64,000 nucleotides of DNA from Eledone cirrhosa. Taxonomy: Eukaryota. Position 1 is the stretch's first letter, and each line of letters begins with the position of its first letter. A program made the translations under genes and the position numbers. The stretch lies in the NCBI GenBank assembly GCA_964016885.1, contig OZ024743.1:336040001-336104000 (forward strand), written 5' to 3'. The notes beneath the pieces were generated by a model that was given only the letters and a program-made list of their open reading frames with translations, was not told where the DNA came from and did not search any database. Below are positions 13,401 through 28,269 of this stretch, one piece after another.

Positions 13401-13855
13401 CTGTATACATATATGTATGTACGTGTACATACTTATATTTAAGTAACAGCCGTACTAAGAGTGGGAAATGAAATTTCGTTTCATTTTTTCCGTTTATCGT
13501 TTTCGGTGCACCCGGCCGATTAACCCACTCGATGTGCAAATTGGGCTTCTCAGCTGTTAATATGCATAAGGTAAGTATATACGTTCAACAATATGGCAGG
13601 AAGGTATACGTTGCTGACGATAGCTAATAAGCTTGAAACTAGTACAGCGTTCCTTTGTCAGTGTTGAACAAACGAGCAACGATGGTTGCTGGACACTACG
13701 GCTTAATACGGGATGTTTGTTTACAAACACACTGAGCATTATCAAAAATGTTCGGTGAATCCATACGTACATATATATATATGTGTGCATGTATGTATAT
13801 ATATATATACATACTGCTGTACGTCTGTATACATATATGTATGTACGTGTACATA

Positions 13856-13857
<2 letters not shown>
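13401..13857 (+). mobile_element. 424-bp non-coding HHR unit with terminal direct repeat (retrozyme/pseudo-LTR-like)
   Basis: ctgtatacatatatgtatgtacgtgtacatact at 13401 and 13825; homologs at 17239-17685 and 54900-55255. Confidence 0.75.
13608..13650 (+). ncRNA. Minimal type I hammerhead ribozyme
   Basis: acgttg CTGACGA tagct aata agctt GAAA ctag TA cagcgt; palindromic stem III ACTAGT. Confidence 0.85.
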
Positions 13858-13916
<59 letters not shown>

Positions 13917-13960
13917 CGACGAAACATAAGTCAATTGCATGAACTTATAATCCTTAATTT

Positions 13961-14016
13961 ACTGCTATATATATTTCGATGATAGCCATTGAATGGCTAT
14001 GAACTCATCAGGCAGT
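13961..14016 (-). ncRNA. Minimal type I hammerhead ribozyme
   Basis: actgc CTGATGA gttcatagccatt c aatggctatcatc GAAA tatata TA gcagt. Confidence 0.88.
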
Positions 14017-14614
14017 TAGTCAGTTCTTAGATAGCTCTGTGTTTATAGTGTTGATGGTATCATAGCCTTGGGACATATGAGCTTGTTAGGAATAATTTAA
14101 TGTTGTCAGCGGGAATAGTCTTGATTCTCATTGGTTAGTTTGTAGATGCTAGTTGGGTTGGTATTTGACCTCACAGAGGCAGGTGGTGTTGTAAAGTTCA
14201 AACCGTCAGGCAAGATGACAATAGTTCCATATGACTGATTTTCACAAAAAGCATTCCTGGTCAGATATATATTCAATTAAGGTTAATAGTATGAAATAGA
14301 TACTACAGGTCATTATTAAATTGAAGAATTTATGTGGAGTGGTGCTACTGAAATGTATGGTTGGAGTAGAACATTTACAAATAAAAAGACTTATGTAGGT
14401 TGGCTTGCACTACACTCACACCCACCTCCACAGAAACACACACACATCCACACATACAAAATGTGAGGTGGTAATACTTAAAATAATGGTTACAGTCCAA
14501 TACTTAGATAGTTTAGAAAATTTAGAAATAAAAAGTTTATGCTGGTTGACTTGTACATACACTCACACCTACCCCCTCAGACACTCACACATCTACACAC
14601 ACAAATCCATACAG

Positions 14615-14675
<61 letters not shown>

Positions 14676-14984
14676 TGCATGTATGTACGCACAAGTATAT
14701 ATATATATATACAAAATATATATGTATACACATAACATACATATATATAAAATATACACATATAAAAATTAAAAAAATATATATATACATAATATACACA
14801 CATACATAAAATATATACACACATAAAACATACATACATATATACATATAAAATACACATACATATACATATATATATAAAATATATACATATATATACA
14901 TACATATATATAAAATACACATATATACACATATATTATATATATATACACATGATATATATATATACATATATATATAAAATC

Positions 14985-17235
14985 AGGTTCAATAAAACGT
15001 GGTTTAGATGACTCCTAACCAGTAGAGGATCCGGTGGACCATCAACCATTGGGACCACAAACTATGGGTGGTTGTTGTTGTTCATTGGTCATTGGTACGA
15101 GGTGTAGGGGACCTACAGAGGGGGGGGGGGCGTTGTAGGAGGCGGTAACCGGGGTTTATCCATATAGCTTAAGGAAAGTTCCCGTCCTTAGGTGTCTGCA
15201 GGCAACGAATAAGTCGGCCCTTCTGTTTAATAGCTTCGTTCCACCATGAAGAATCTCGAGTGTCCCACTAAGACAGAGGTTGCAAATACCAGACCCGCCT
15301 CTGTCTGGGGGAACCTTTCTAACCACGGACCAGACCAGAGAGTGCGCGGCTTTTCAAGTTTCAGATCAATTCAGAAAGGGCCGTACATTTCCTCTTATCT
15401 ATTCTGTTAAAGGAATTACGATGGTTATACCACCGATATTTGAAGCTCGTTGCTGCGGATCCTATGTAGTGGTGCTCCGAGTTAGGGGTTGTGACCTTGC
15501 ACCTGTAGACCACACATTTTTCGTCATGCATTCATTACTAAGGGGGCATAGTGATGGGTCTCTGCAATTACATGACTTCTTAAGCCCCACCACATGTACC
15601 GCGTGGTTACCATTACTCGGGGTTGGCTGGGTAGCCTCCGCATAGGGTCGTTGGGTTCCGGTGTGCTAGTTGGGCCTGTCCGGGTTCCGTTGCGTCCCGC
15701 GTGCTGGTTCTGCTAGGTGGCTCCGGGTTTTACGGTGGTATTAGAGGCAGTGAGCCTATTCCTATTTATGCCAGCTATGTGCTGGGCTACAGAGCGTGTG
15801 GTTGAGTAGGAATGTTTCACCGTGTGACTGTTGAATATTTTATGGTACTTGTGGGCCCTAGGGAAACATTTATCCAGTACTCTAAAGAATGTTCTAGCCA
15901 GACTGGTACGTAGACCCACCGAGTACGGAGGGATATACCATGTGACCTTCCTGGTCCTATTCTTGCGGGGTTGTTGGGTGTCTGCCGTGGGCCATCGCGT
16001 GGTTGTGCACAGCTCAGGTCGAGCTCGGTTGGTGTCACTCGGGTGTGCGGAGCGTTCACTATCATGAGGGTTATATGGGCCCACCGTGGGGCTATCAACC
16101 TGCGAGGTGCGGTCTCCCTGCTAAATTAGGGTTCGGCGGGTGGTTGGGCCGGTGCAGGGGTGCCTCTGCTCCGCGGCACAGTGGTCCTCAGCGTTGTAGG
16201 TATTAGTCCGGTGGGGTATGCGGGACCTTCTACCGGGGGTGGTGATGGATAGGGGTCTGGGAGTGTTACTACTAGTCACCGAGGTATTAGGTGGGCGACT
16301 CATGTACCTGAGGTATTTGTCCGGGGTACCCTTGGATCATCTCGATCATGTCCCTTAGGGTTATAGCTGATCCTATCGCTGTGGGATGCCTTAGCTAGCG
16401 TTGAGTTATAGTAATCAGCGTTACTATTGAAGATCTCTTTATTGGCCGACAAGTTAGAGATCCTGTCAGAGACACTCTTAACTACGGCCTTAACTATAGA
16501 TCTAGGGTGATTAGACCCAGCGTTGATATACACCAGCTTCTCATTGGGTTTATGATATGGGTGGTGTAGCTTGGTGTTGAGATTGCGGGTGGTGTCCAGG
16601 AAATTCACTACTTTTCTATTGGGTTCCATCTCTAATTAAGTCCTACCTTGCTAAAGAAGTGCCTAATTCTTGTCTTCACATTTTCGACCATTGTGGTGCT
16701 GTGGTCCACTACGGTGAAGAGTGCGTCGTCTCGGTACAGCCGACCACCCAGGTTGGGTATTTCTCTCCTGATCTCGTAGAGTATGTATATCCCAACCAAG
16801 TCACTGGAGCCGATTGTAATGTCAAAATTATTTGGCCAGTCGCTCCGGGTCCATATGTCCCCACCGAATCGGATCAGCGTCTTTCTGGCGGCGTGTATGA
16901 TTCGGACCTCGTCACGTGATAGGTCTGGCTGGTGCAGGACCAGAGTTGTAACCTTATTTTACTCTTAAGTGTGGGCAGGTTCCTCTCTAAAATGCTTTTA
17001 CTAATAATCCCCATGTCTGACCGGGAGGGCGCTATCAGTCTGACCGGCAGGTTAGACCCGAAGTTTGGTTTGTGGTCCTTAATGGTAATCCTAGGCTCCC
17101 TTGGTTGGTATGGGGCCGTCCTGTCATCTATGCCAATACCAGATACGATCTCATAAGCCTTGATGTTGATATGTCCAGGGTAGCCTCGGGCGTTTTTTTG
17201 TAGATTTTCCTCAATTCCCTGAGCATTAGATCACG
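14985..17235 (-). mobile_element. Penelope-like element PLE2, 5'-truncated, internally deleted, with long linker insertions
   Basis: RLIAPSRSDMGIISK, GLYRDDAL, VNFLDTT, HPYHKPNEKLVYINAGSNHP, VTWYIPPYS, HYIGSAATSFKYRW, CNLC, LLNRR. Confidence 0.88.
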
Positions 17236-17238
17236 TAG

Positions 17239-17676
17239 ATACATACATGTATGTATGTGTACCTACTTATATTTAAGTAACAGCCGTACTAAGAGTGGGA
17301 AATGAAATTTCGTTTCATTTTTTTCGTTTATCGTTTGCGGTGCACCCGGCCGATTAACCCACTCGATATGCAAATTGGGCTACTCAGCCGTTAATATGCA
17401 TAAGGTAAGTATACACGTTCAACAATCTGGCAGGAAGGTATACGTTGCTGACGATGGCTAATAAGCTTGAAACTAATACAGCGTTCCTTTGTCAGTGTTG
17501 AACAAACGAGCATCGGTGGTTGCTAGAGACTACGACTTAATACGGGATGTGTGTTTACAATCACACGGAGCATTATAATAAATGTTCGGTGAATCCATAC
17601 GTACATATATATATGTGTGCATGTTTGTATATATATATACATACTACTGTACTTCCGTATACATATATGTATGTAC

Positions 17677-17685
<9 letters not shown>
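17239..17685 (+). mobile_element. Second copy of the 424-bp HHR unit
   Basis: Colinear with 13401-13857. Confidence 0.8.
17442..17484 (+). ncRNA. Minimal type I hammerhead ribozyme
   Basis: acgttg CTGACGA tggct aata agctt GAAA ctaa TA cagcgt. Confidence 0.75.
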
Positions 17686-17755
<70 letters not shown>

Positions 17756-17841
17756 GGTGTATATATGTATATATATGTGTATATGTGTATGTGAGTGATT
17801 GTATGTGTATGTGTATAGTGTATATGTATATGGATTTTAAA

Positions 17842-17873
<32 letters not shown>

Positions 17874-17921
17874 ATATATAAATATATATATATGTATTTA
17901 TATGCATATATATATACGCAC

Positions 17922-17973
<52 letters not shown>

Positions 17974-18232
17974 GTATATATATACACATATATGTGTATA
18001 TATATATATATATGTATGTATGTGTATATATATGTATATATATGTATATATATACACATATATGTATATATATATATATATATGTATGTGTATATATATG
18101 TATTTATGTGTATATATATGTGTGTATGTGTATATCTATGTATATATATATATGTGTTTGTGTGTGTGTATATGTGTGTATATATATGTATATATATATA
18201 TATATGTGTGTGTACGTACGTGTATATATGTG

Positions 18233-18313
<81 letters not shown>
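17683..18313. repeat. Compound (TA)n/(TG)n microsatellite
   Basis: Direct runs. Confidence 0.95.
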
Positions 18314-18314
<1 letters not shown>

Positions 18315-19409
18315 ACTTTGAATAACTTTGAAATGTTTTGGCCAGTATTGGCCCAGGCCATGTCTCACTTAATAGCACCACCTGGCGAAGTCTTTCAATT
18401 CAGGATTTGGGCACCATGGCCCATTCGAGAAGAAAATTACTGTTTGCGGAGACATATCCGGGTGTGGGTGGTTTGTCCGGGATTATTTGGAGGAATTTGT
18501 CCAAAGACTTCTTGAATTTTGTGTGGTCAGTTTCTGTTTTGACGTGTCCTGTTGTGATGTTGAAGAGTGCAGGGCCAATTGAGGTGAAATAATTGTGCCG
18601 TATTGTTGTTATGAGTTGCGATTTAGATTTTTGTTTAGGACGGATAGCACGGGGCCCAAGCCTTGGGTGTATTTTGAAGGTGATGCCAACATCATTTGGG
18701 CAGTGCTGATGAAACATTTTCCACATCATGCAGATGATATAACGCTCACGGCGACGTTGGAGTGAGTAAAGTTTCAGCTTTTCTAGTTGATCCCAGTAGT
18801 CAAGGTCTGACATGCCATCTATCTTTTTCGTGATTGCCCTTTGGGGAGCTTCAAGTTTCATGTTACTTTGTTTCGTGTGGGGAGACCACAGTGGACAACA
18901 GTATTCAAGGTGTGGTCGGGCAAAAGGGGAGAAGAGAAGGATAATGGTGTGGGAATCTCTCGACTGGAAGGTTCTGAGGATCCAGGAACACATTCTGCGG
19001 GCCATGTCAACTTTGCTGCTTATATGCGTGGCTTAGCTTATGTTGTTGTCCACGGTTACTTCCAAGTCTCTGGTGTTGTTAGATGCCACGAGAGTTACAC
19101 CGGAGGGAAGGGAGTACGGGAGTTTCAGAGCATCCTCTTTTCCAAAGTGGATCAGTTCGAATTTGTCTTTGTTCAGTAACATGTTCTTTTCCGCCCATTG
19201 GGTAACAGCCAGTAGGTCTGACTGAAGGCTTATCCGGTCATCCCCGCCATTGATGACTTTTGGAGCTTGGAATCATCAGCGAAAATTCTAATGTTGCTGT
19301 GTTTGATGATGTCAGTGATGTCATTAATATAGATGATGAAGAGAAGTGGGCCCAACACAGTGCCTTGTGGGACCCCACTACTGACTTTGGCTGGGCTGGA
19401 TTTGACTCC

Positions 19410-19410
<1 letters not shown>
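18312..19410 (-). mobile_element. CR1/L2-group LINE, 5'-truncated 3' fragment (RT C-terminal half plus 3' UTR)
   Basis: [61 protein letters not shown]; ends in tandem (ttcaaagtta)2. Confidence 0.9.
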
Positions 19411-20812
<1,402 letters not shown>

Positions 20813-21055
20813 TGTCTGTTGACACATGGAATATAGCTTAAGAGAAATTTAAAAATAAGGAGTGGCACCCCAATCTGAACTTGTTTATAGAATTCTTTCT
20901 GCCTTTGTTACTCTAAATATAAATTATAGCTTTAAAGAATTAGCTTTTAATGAATTCCCTTTTCTATCAACCAATGACCTCTACCCATCCCACTCCCCAC
21001 CCTCTCCTACCACCCTTAAAAGACCTATATATACCACTTTTATTTTTGGATACCC

Positions 21056-21106
21056 AGATTCCTGAAGCTTTCTAAAGAATGAAACAGTTGTAGTCCTGTA
21101 GAATCT
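21056..21106 (+). ncRNA. Hammerhead motif, A9C change
   Basis: agattc CTGAAGC tttc taaa gaat GAAA cag ttgtagtc ctg TA gaatct. Confidence 0.7.
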
Positions 21107-21120
21107 CATGTATATTAAAA

Positions 21121-21167
<47 letters not shown>

Positions 21168-21344
21168 GTATATGTAGATTTGTATATGTATGGCTATATG
21201 TATGTATATATATTTATTTATATATATGTGTGTATGACAGCTCACACCGATGCAGGTTCAGCTGGCCTCCTCCAAGGTATATCTCGTTGCATGTGTCTTG
21301 GGTGATTTAATGATAGGGACGCCAGTCCTATCATCATATATACA

Positions 21345-21835
21345 TAAATGTAATGAAAACTTGTTCACGTAAATGTAATGAAAACTTGTTCACGTGACAG
21401 CCAAATTTCATTTATAACCAATCAAATCACGTTTATTAAAAAAGCCTTCGTGAGCCACCTTTTTTTTAAGTAAAGAAATTCAAACACACACACACAGAAC
21501 ACACACACACGCACACACACACACAAGCACACAAATAAACATACATATCTTTAGTTTCTTTATTCAATAGAAAATCTGAATTCTGACACCCCAGCGAACT
21601 AACCATATTCACTGAACCAGAACAATTCTCCCATCCCTTTTTCTTGACCATTATCTTTCACTTATCATAAAATTCTCTAAAAAGGCTACAGAATGGATTT
21701 CCAAATAAGGGCGCGAAAATTTAATGAAAACTTGTTCACGTGATAGCCATAATTTCATTTATAACCAACCAAAAAAAAAAAAAAAAAAGCCTTCGTGAGC
21801 CCCTTTTTTCGAGTAAAAAAAAATTCAAACACTCA
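21345..21835 (+). repeat. Local duplications (25-bp tandem at 21346-21395; ~115-bp copy about 21375-21490 vs 21722-21832), probably a DNA-transposon remnant
   Basis: taatgaaaacttgttcacgt occurs three times; aaaaagccttcgtgagcc twice. Confidence 0.55.
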
Positions 21836-22222
21836 TATATGAAAGAACAACCTGTGACAACACCCACCCACCCCTCTTATTTGAAGAACTTTTGTAACGC
21901 GAACTGGCGCGAAATTTATTATAATTATTGACAAACCAATCAAATTACTTCTCGAAAAACCTGGCATTTCGAGCCACTTTTTCCATATAAAACAAGTAAC
22001 ATTCAGAGACCAACCAGATGTGAGAAAAACCACAGATCCTCCATCTCAACTCACCTTTTGAAAAGCAGAAGAACTGCGAAACCGGTAAAGGAACCAAATA
22101 AATATATATATTTTTAAAAAAAATAAGACTCCAGTTGCATTTTCGATTTCATCTTTTTTTCTTTATACTTTCACTCGTGTAGGACACCTCGGTTATTTTT
22201 CAATTTGTAAAAAAAACCTCAC

Positions 22223-22266
<44 letters not shown>

Positions 22267-22552
22267 ATATATATATGTGTATGAGAATGTGTATATATAG
22301 ATATATATTCATATATATATGTGTGTGTGTGTATATGTATAGATAGGTTTGTATATATGTTTCACACAGTGAGTGTTTGTGTGTATGCGTGTGTGGGCGT
22401 GCAGGTGTGAGTGTGTGTGTGTGCGCGGATGTGTGTGATTATAAAGACCTGACCATTCTGTATAATTTAACACAGCCACTTAAAGAATTTCCTTTTTATC
22501 TTCTTAGCAGACCAATATAACTACGCTATTTTTCAAAATGTTCAAGTGTCTA

Positions 22553-22687
22553 TAATAATTGTTTCTACTTTTGGCACAAGGCCAGCAAATCACTAGTGCA
22601 TTACTGGTACTTTATTTTATCGACCCCGTAAGGATGAAAGGCAAAGTCAACCTCGCGGGACTTTGCCTTTCATCCTTACGGGGTCGA
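22553..22687 (-). mobile_element. tRNA-derived SINE 3' part with internal fold-back (22620-22687)
   Basis: tcgaccccgtaaggatgaaaggcaaagtc mirrored by gactttgcctttcatccttacggggtcga. Confidence 0.85.
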
Positions 22688-22811
22688 AATCAAGTGTCGA
22701 TAATAATGGTCCTTTTATCTGTTTAATATATCCCTATTAAATTATATCCTACGATATTTTGAGATTTTATTTCACATATCCATTGTAAGCTGACCGTGGA
22801 GTGCTATATTG

Positions 22812-22871
22812 TATTTTAACTGATGAAAGCATACTATAATTTAGTATCCTTGAAATATGTATAATAAAATA
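22812..22871 (+). ncRNA. Minimal type I hammerhead motif
   Basis: tattttaa CTGATGA aagcatact ataattt agtatcctt GAAA tatgta TA ataaaata; AATAAA overlaps the end. Confidence 0.72.
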
Positions 22872-22999
22872 AATATGATGCTATAGTGATATTTTCCATT
22901 TATTACTAGATTTATTTGTAGAGTGTTTAATATCTGTTATGAACATAACTCTGTTGAATATTTATCAACAAAGCATATAACTCATTGTTTACATCTCTC

Positions 23000-23051
<52 letters not shown>

Positions 23052-23091
23052 TTTGTGTATGTGTGTATGTATATATATATATTTACATATG

Positions 23092-23123
<32 letters not shown>

Positions 23124-23227
23124 TGTATGTATGTATGTATGTATGTATATAAAGGAAACAGGTGGACCATAACGCACCAAATTACTCAATACTTAGGGTA
23201 GTAGAGTGGGTAATAGGAACGAGTAGG

Positions 23228-23323
23228 ACCCCGACGGCTGAGCTCAAGCTGTTTCGACGGCTAATTCTTGACTAAATGAACATTTTTATCCTGGTATATG
23301 AATAGCCGAGCTTCTCAGGGGGT
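23228..23323 (-). ncRNA. Hammerhead motif in PLE3 3' pseudo-LTR (core CUGAGAA, C3-A8 mismatch)
   Basis: acccc CTGAGAA gctcggcta...tagccgtc GAAA cagct tgagctc agccg TC ggggt. Confidence 0.75.
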
Positions 23324-26300
23324 AATTCTATATATGGTAAAAGTGATTGTCACAAGGATTGGTCAAAAGTTTGTTGTTGAGACATAATAATTCTATCATG
23401 GTAATTTGTGGAGAGAAGGGGTAGCTGAACCTGCCAGAAGAGAAAGGGGGAGAGGGGATGGAGGAAACCCAGTAGTGTGTTGATAGTGCCAACTACAGCT
23501 GGGCAGGAGGTCAAAGAAGATACTAGGGAGGGGCAGGGTGAGGAAGTCGAAACAATAAGTAAAACAATATGGGGTAAATATATAGAGAAAAATACCGAGA
23601 GTGTTAAAAAACAATTAAATGTAAAAAAAAACAATTTCTGGTTACTATAACCTAAGGACAGCTATCAAGTCTCTCACTGGTACTGCTAGACTAAAGAAAG
23701 GTTTACTAGGTGGGACGGAATTATAATGAGACCCTTTTAAGTGGTATAAGTAAACAACCGAATATATCTTACGGTGACGGGTCAACAATTGGGGGGCCAA
23801 AATACTAAAGAAACTACCACTAAATAATAATTCAGAGTCCCGAGACCAGTACGAAACAAAGGATTCTACCCCAGGCACAAGGCCAGCAACCACCCAGTGC
23901 AAAAAAATAAAAAAAATAAAAAATAAAAAATAAACTAATACGAAATAATAATTCAGAATCCCGAAAAAGAATACTAATACTATCTCTAAGGGTGCCGCCA
24001 CGATACAAAAATTCTAGTGCAAACTACAAAAATGCTCGTACGAAGTATATGTAAAATTTGATACGGGAAATTAATTCAGAAGCCCCCCCCCCCCCCCTCC
24101 AAAAAATACTGATATACGAGAAATTAAAGTAAAGATACCACTAAGAAATATAGAAAGCACGGAAAAGGGGCAGCCATCGGATAAGAAGGCAAGTATCCGG
24201 GGTCTAACACATCTGCTATAAAAAGCGGAGTCGGCCAAATCTATCATAGAATAGGGGAAGGGGGTGGGGGTACTGAGGCTACAAAGGACCGAAGGGCTGC
24301 CTCGGGTGGGCGAGTAAGTAAAAGGACGACGACAAAGAAAGAGGACTGGGGTGGAAGGACTAGGGAGGGATGGGGGGAAGAAGGAAATATAGAGGAAGCG
24401 ATAACAAGATATAAAAGAGGATCTTACGTCTACCTTTGCAAGCAGGGGTTACCCATTACAAAATCGGCAAGTGGGGCGTTATAGCCCTAGTCTAACCCCC
24501 CCCCCCCCGGGTCACTATGGGGTTTGAGGGCGAGGTAAGCCCTACGCAATCTGTATTTACATGCAGTTACCAGTTCATCTTTCTTGTTTCGGAGTTGGTC
24601 CGTCGAAAACAGCATTTGTAAAGTTTCCTCCGAGCATAAATTGCACGGACGCCATCCTCCCGTGTAAGAGTTAGCTCTGGACAGTAAGCTCCAAGTGAGA
24701 TCATAGATAATATTGTTATCCTTGAGGTCCCATATGTGGCCCGAAAGTGTAGTGGCGTGACGCCGGGCAGGGTTTCGGAAGGTATGTCTGTGTTGGTATA
24801 GCTGGGTCTTGAAGTCACATGCGGTTAATCCTATATAAGCTTTGTTGGACGTGTCCGTCCTCACGTTGCACTCGTAGATCACATTACGATCTCTGCATCT
24901 GTTGTCGAGGGGGAAAATGGATCCATCAGGACAGTTGCACCTCCTGGTCGGCTCTCCACTGCTATTTAGGTTATTTCTTCCATAGGGGTTGAGTTTTCTG
25001 TTGTTAGAGGAGACGATGTTTGTGCAAAGTTTGGTGTAGTGCTGTAGGAGAGTTTTATGGTATTTTTGTTAATTATGTTGTGGTAGCGGTGTTGTAGTGG
25101 GAAGTGTTTTTCAATGAGCCTAAAGAAGATTTTCCCGATAGGTGTTGTCACCTCGGCGTTGTGGGGAGGATTGAACCATGTTACGTTGCATGAGCGGCGG
25201 TGTCGCCTGCTGGTTCCGCTAATGGAAGCTGGACAGTAGGATATTTCTTCCCGGAAACCACTGCGCTTGAGGGCCTGGTTGTAATAGTGCGCATGTTCCT
25301 CGAATATCTGCTCTTTCGCTGACAAACGAGATATGCGGAGGGAGATGTTTTTAACCAGGTTATTGGTGATGTTCCTAGGATGGTTTAACCGGCGGTGGAT
25401 GTAGTGCAGGTTGTCGTTAGGTTTCCTGTATGGGTAGTACAGATCATTATCGAGGTCAAGGGTAACGTCCAGGAAGTTTACTCGGGTCAGGGACGTTTAT
25501 AGGGTTATTTTAAATCCCCAGTCGCGGAAGAAGCTGATTAATTGTTTACGGACCCGATCTGTACTACTGGGGTTGTACCCTTTAAGAGTAAGGAGCCCAT
25601 CATCACTGTACAATCTACCGCCGAATGCAGGAAACATATCGGTGAGTTTGGCTATTAGGAATAATCCTATAAGATCTGTGACCTCAGCCGAATCCGTTGC
25701 GCCCATGCTGACGTCGAAGGATGAGTCTGGAGCTCTCTTTATCCATTTGGAGTTGTCGAAGAGTAAGACTGTCTTCCTGGCGTGGAGGATGATGTTTCTT
25801 TCCTGGTCGGTGATGGGCACAAGTGTTTCGGCGAAGTCCAAGGCAGCCGTAAGTAGCGGTAAGGTAATTGAAGCATAGTAACTCTCTATGTCAAACTGGA
25901 TGAATTTAGTGTCTCGTTTTTCCTCCATATTGCTGAACAATGAGATTACTTCCTGGGTGTTGACCCATAGGCTAAGTCTGGCGTGTCGCTTAACCTTTGG
26001 TATAACGCGGTCAAGGATTTTTTTTGCTGATTCTCCCTATGTCGGACTTCATTGGGTTTATAAGCCTGATAGAAGGTTTACTGTCGAAATCGGATTTGTG
26101 GTCCTTCAGTGTGAAGTAGGGTGTCCGTGGATTCTAGGGGTTCGGTGCGGTCGACGACTCCGAGGCTGGAGGTAATTTGTTGTCCATCTCGATTTATGTC
26201 CTCGATGCATGAGTGGTTAACCTTTTTATAGGTGGAGTTTCGGCTGCTCCTGACCAGTGTGTGGTATCTGTCGGGGTTGACAAACTAGAGGTTACCAGTT

Positions 26301-26991
26301 TTATCCGAGTGCACCATGATGTCATTGGTGTTATCATACTCTGTTAAGTTGCTGCGGAGTTTTTGTAGGAATCGGTTGTGTCTGTTTTTTTTGTTTTTTT
26401 TTGTTGTTTTTTTGCACTGGGTGGTTGCTGGCCTTGTGCCTGGGGTAGAAACCTTTGTTTCGTACTGGTCTCGGGACTCTGAATTATTATTTAGTGTTAG
26501 TTTCTTTAGTATTTTGGCCCCCCACTTGTTGACCCGTCACCGTAAGATATATTCGGTTTTTTACTTGTAACTCTTAAAAGGGTCTCATTATAATTCCGTC
26601 CCACCTAGTAAACCTTTCTTTAGTCTAGCAGTACCAGTGAGAGACTTGATAGCTGCCCTTAGGTTATAGTAACCTGAAATTGTTTTTTTTTACATTTAAT
26701 TGTTTTTTAACACTTTCGGTATTTTTCTCTATATATTTACCCCATATTGTTTTACTTATTGTTTCGACTTCCTCACCCTGCCCCTCCCTAGTATCTTCTT
26801 TGACCTCCTGCCCAGCTGTAGTTGGCACTATCAACACACTACTGGGTTTCCTCCACCCCCTCTCCCTCTTCCTTCTACTGGCAGGTTCAGCTACTCCTTC
26901 TCTCCACAAATTGCCATGATAGAATTATTATGTCTCAACAACAGACATTTGACCAATCCTTGTGACAATCACTATTACCATATATGGAATT

Positions 26992-27087
26992 ACCCCCTGA
27001 GAAGCTCGGCTATTCATATACCAGGATAAAAATGTTCATTTAGTCCATAATTAGCTGTCGAAACGGCTTCAGCTCAGCCGTCGGGGT
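26992..27087 (+). ncRNA. Hammerhead motif in the inverted PLE3 pseudo-LTR (core CUGAGAA)
   Basis: acccc CTGAGAA gctcggcta...tagctgtc GAAA cggct tcagctc agccg TC ggggt. Confidence 0.75.
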
Positions 27088-27098
27088 CCTACTCGTTC

Positions 27099-27183
<85 letters not shown>

Positions 27184-27319
27184 AAAAGGTATATGTATAT
27201 ATATAAAAGGGCAGACAGCTAAGGATATGTCAAACAGTCACCCGAGGATATACCAAATATACACATACACAAAAAAAGATGCATATACATAAGTGTATAC
27301 AGAGTACTCATACACCCAC

Positions 27320-27480
27320 ACACACATATACACAGTATTTGGATGGCCATTGCCTCTATTGAGTTCCTCCGCCCTTTGTCGAATTTTGTTTTTCATCCCG
27401 TAGGGTGTCCAAATACCACCCTTTTGACCAAGCAAGCTCGGTGGGGTTGCCGGTTTAGTCGCTGACGACCCGACCATGTA
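27320..27480 (-). mobile_element. RTE-type 5' UTR fragment, inverted against the adjacent RTE 3' fragment
   Basis: Reverse complement aligns with 40640-40800 (catggtcgggtcgtc..gactaaaccggcaaccccacc). Confidence 0.65.
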
Positions 27481-28191
27481 ATGTTGATCTGTGATTTGGA
27501 AGTTCTCGAACGGAGCAGGTGCGTGACTATAGAGAGAATGATCTTTCGGCACTGGTTGAGGTGGTATGGACACGTGGTCCGAATGTCTGATGATCCCATT
27601 CGAAAGCAATTTTTCCCTACGGAGAACTGTGTGAAGGAAGGCGACCACCACACAAACCAAAAATGCGGTTTCGGGACTGTGTCAGGGGCATCTTGGCTTG
27701 TGCTGGAATTTCATCTGGCAAATGGGAGAAAATGGCTGAGGAGCGCGTGAAGTGGGAACGTTTGATCATGTCAGGTAGTGAACACTTTGAAACTCGTCGG
27801 AGAGAACACCTTACACTGAAAAGGAGGGTCAGGAAAAGAGACTGTTCTGAACTGCCTGCTGTTGTGCAACATCTGATTTGCCAGCACTGTGGTCGAGTCT
27901 GCCTGAGTAAAGCTGGTTTGACACGAACAAAGTCATATCAGTAGACCTCATGTAGATTATGATCTGAAAAGGTGTAAGGAATGTGTCAAGGAATGTGTTA
28001 GCATGGGAGGTCTTAAAAGTCACAGGAGAACACACAGCCAGAACAAAGCAATGGAAAGTCCCGGAGGAGCCGACAGTTGCCATATATGTGCCATAGGGTG
28101 CAAGTCGTTGGCTGGTTTAAAGTGCCACATTCATGCCTCACATTTTGTAGCCTTTTCTCAGTTGATGGCAATGCTCGAACACGAGTTTGCA

Positions 28192-28198
<7 letters not shown>
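27481..28198 (+). mobile_element. RTE-clade LINE 3' fragment with C-terminal C2H2-like fingers
   Basis: EVLERS, LRWYGHVVRM, RFRDCV, WEKMAEERVKW, CQHCGRVCLSKAGL, GLKSHRRTH; ends ccatcat then (TA)n. Confidence 0.85.

Positions 28199-28269
<71 letters not shown>

Larger units (their letters stand above)
23150..27100 (-). mobile_element. Penelope-like element PLE3 with ~700-bp inverted pseudo-LTRs (about 23217-23915 and 26400-27099); ORF remnants 24487-26375
   Basis: FIQFDIESYYASI, FDVSMGATDSAEVTDLIG, LYSDDGL, NFLDVTL, VTWFNPP, IYEC...AYIGLTACDFK, CNLC; terminal arms are reverse complements; both ends in (TA)n. Confidence 0.92.
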
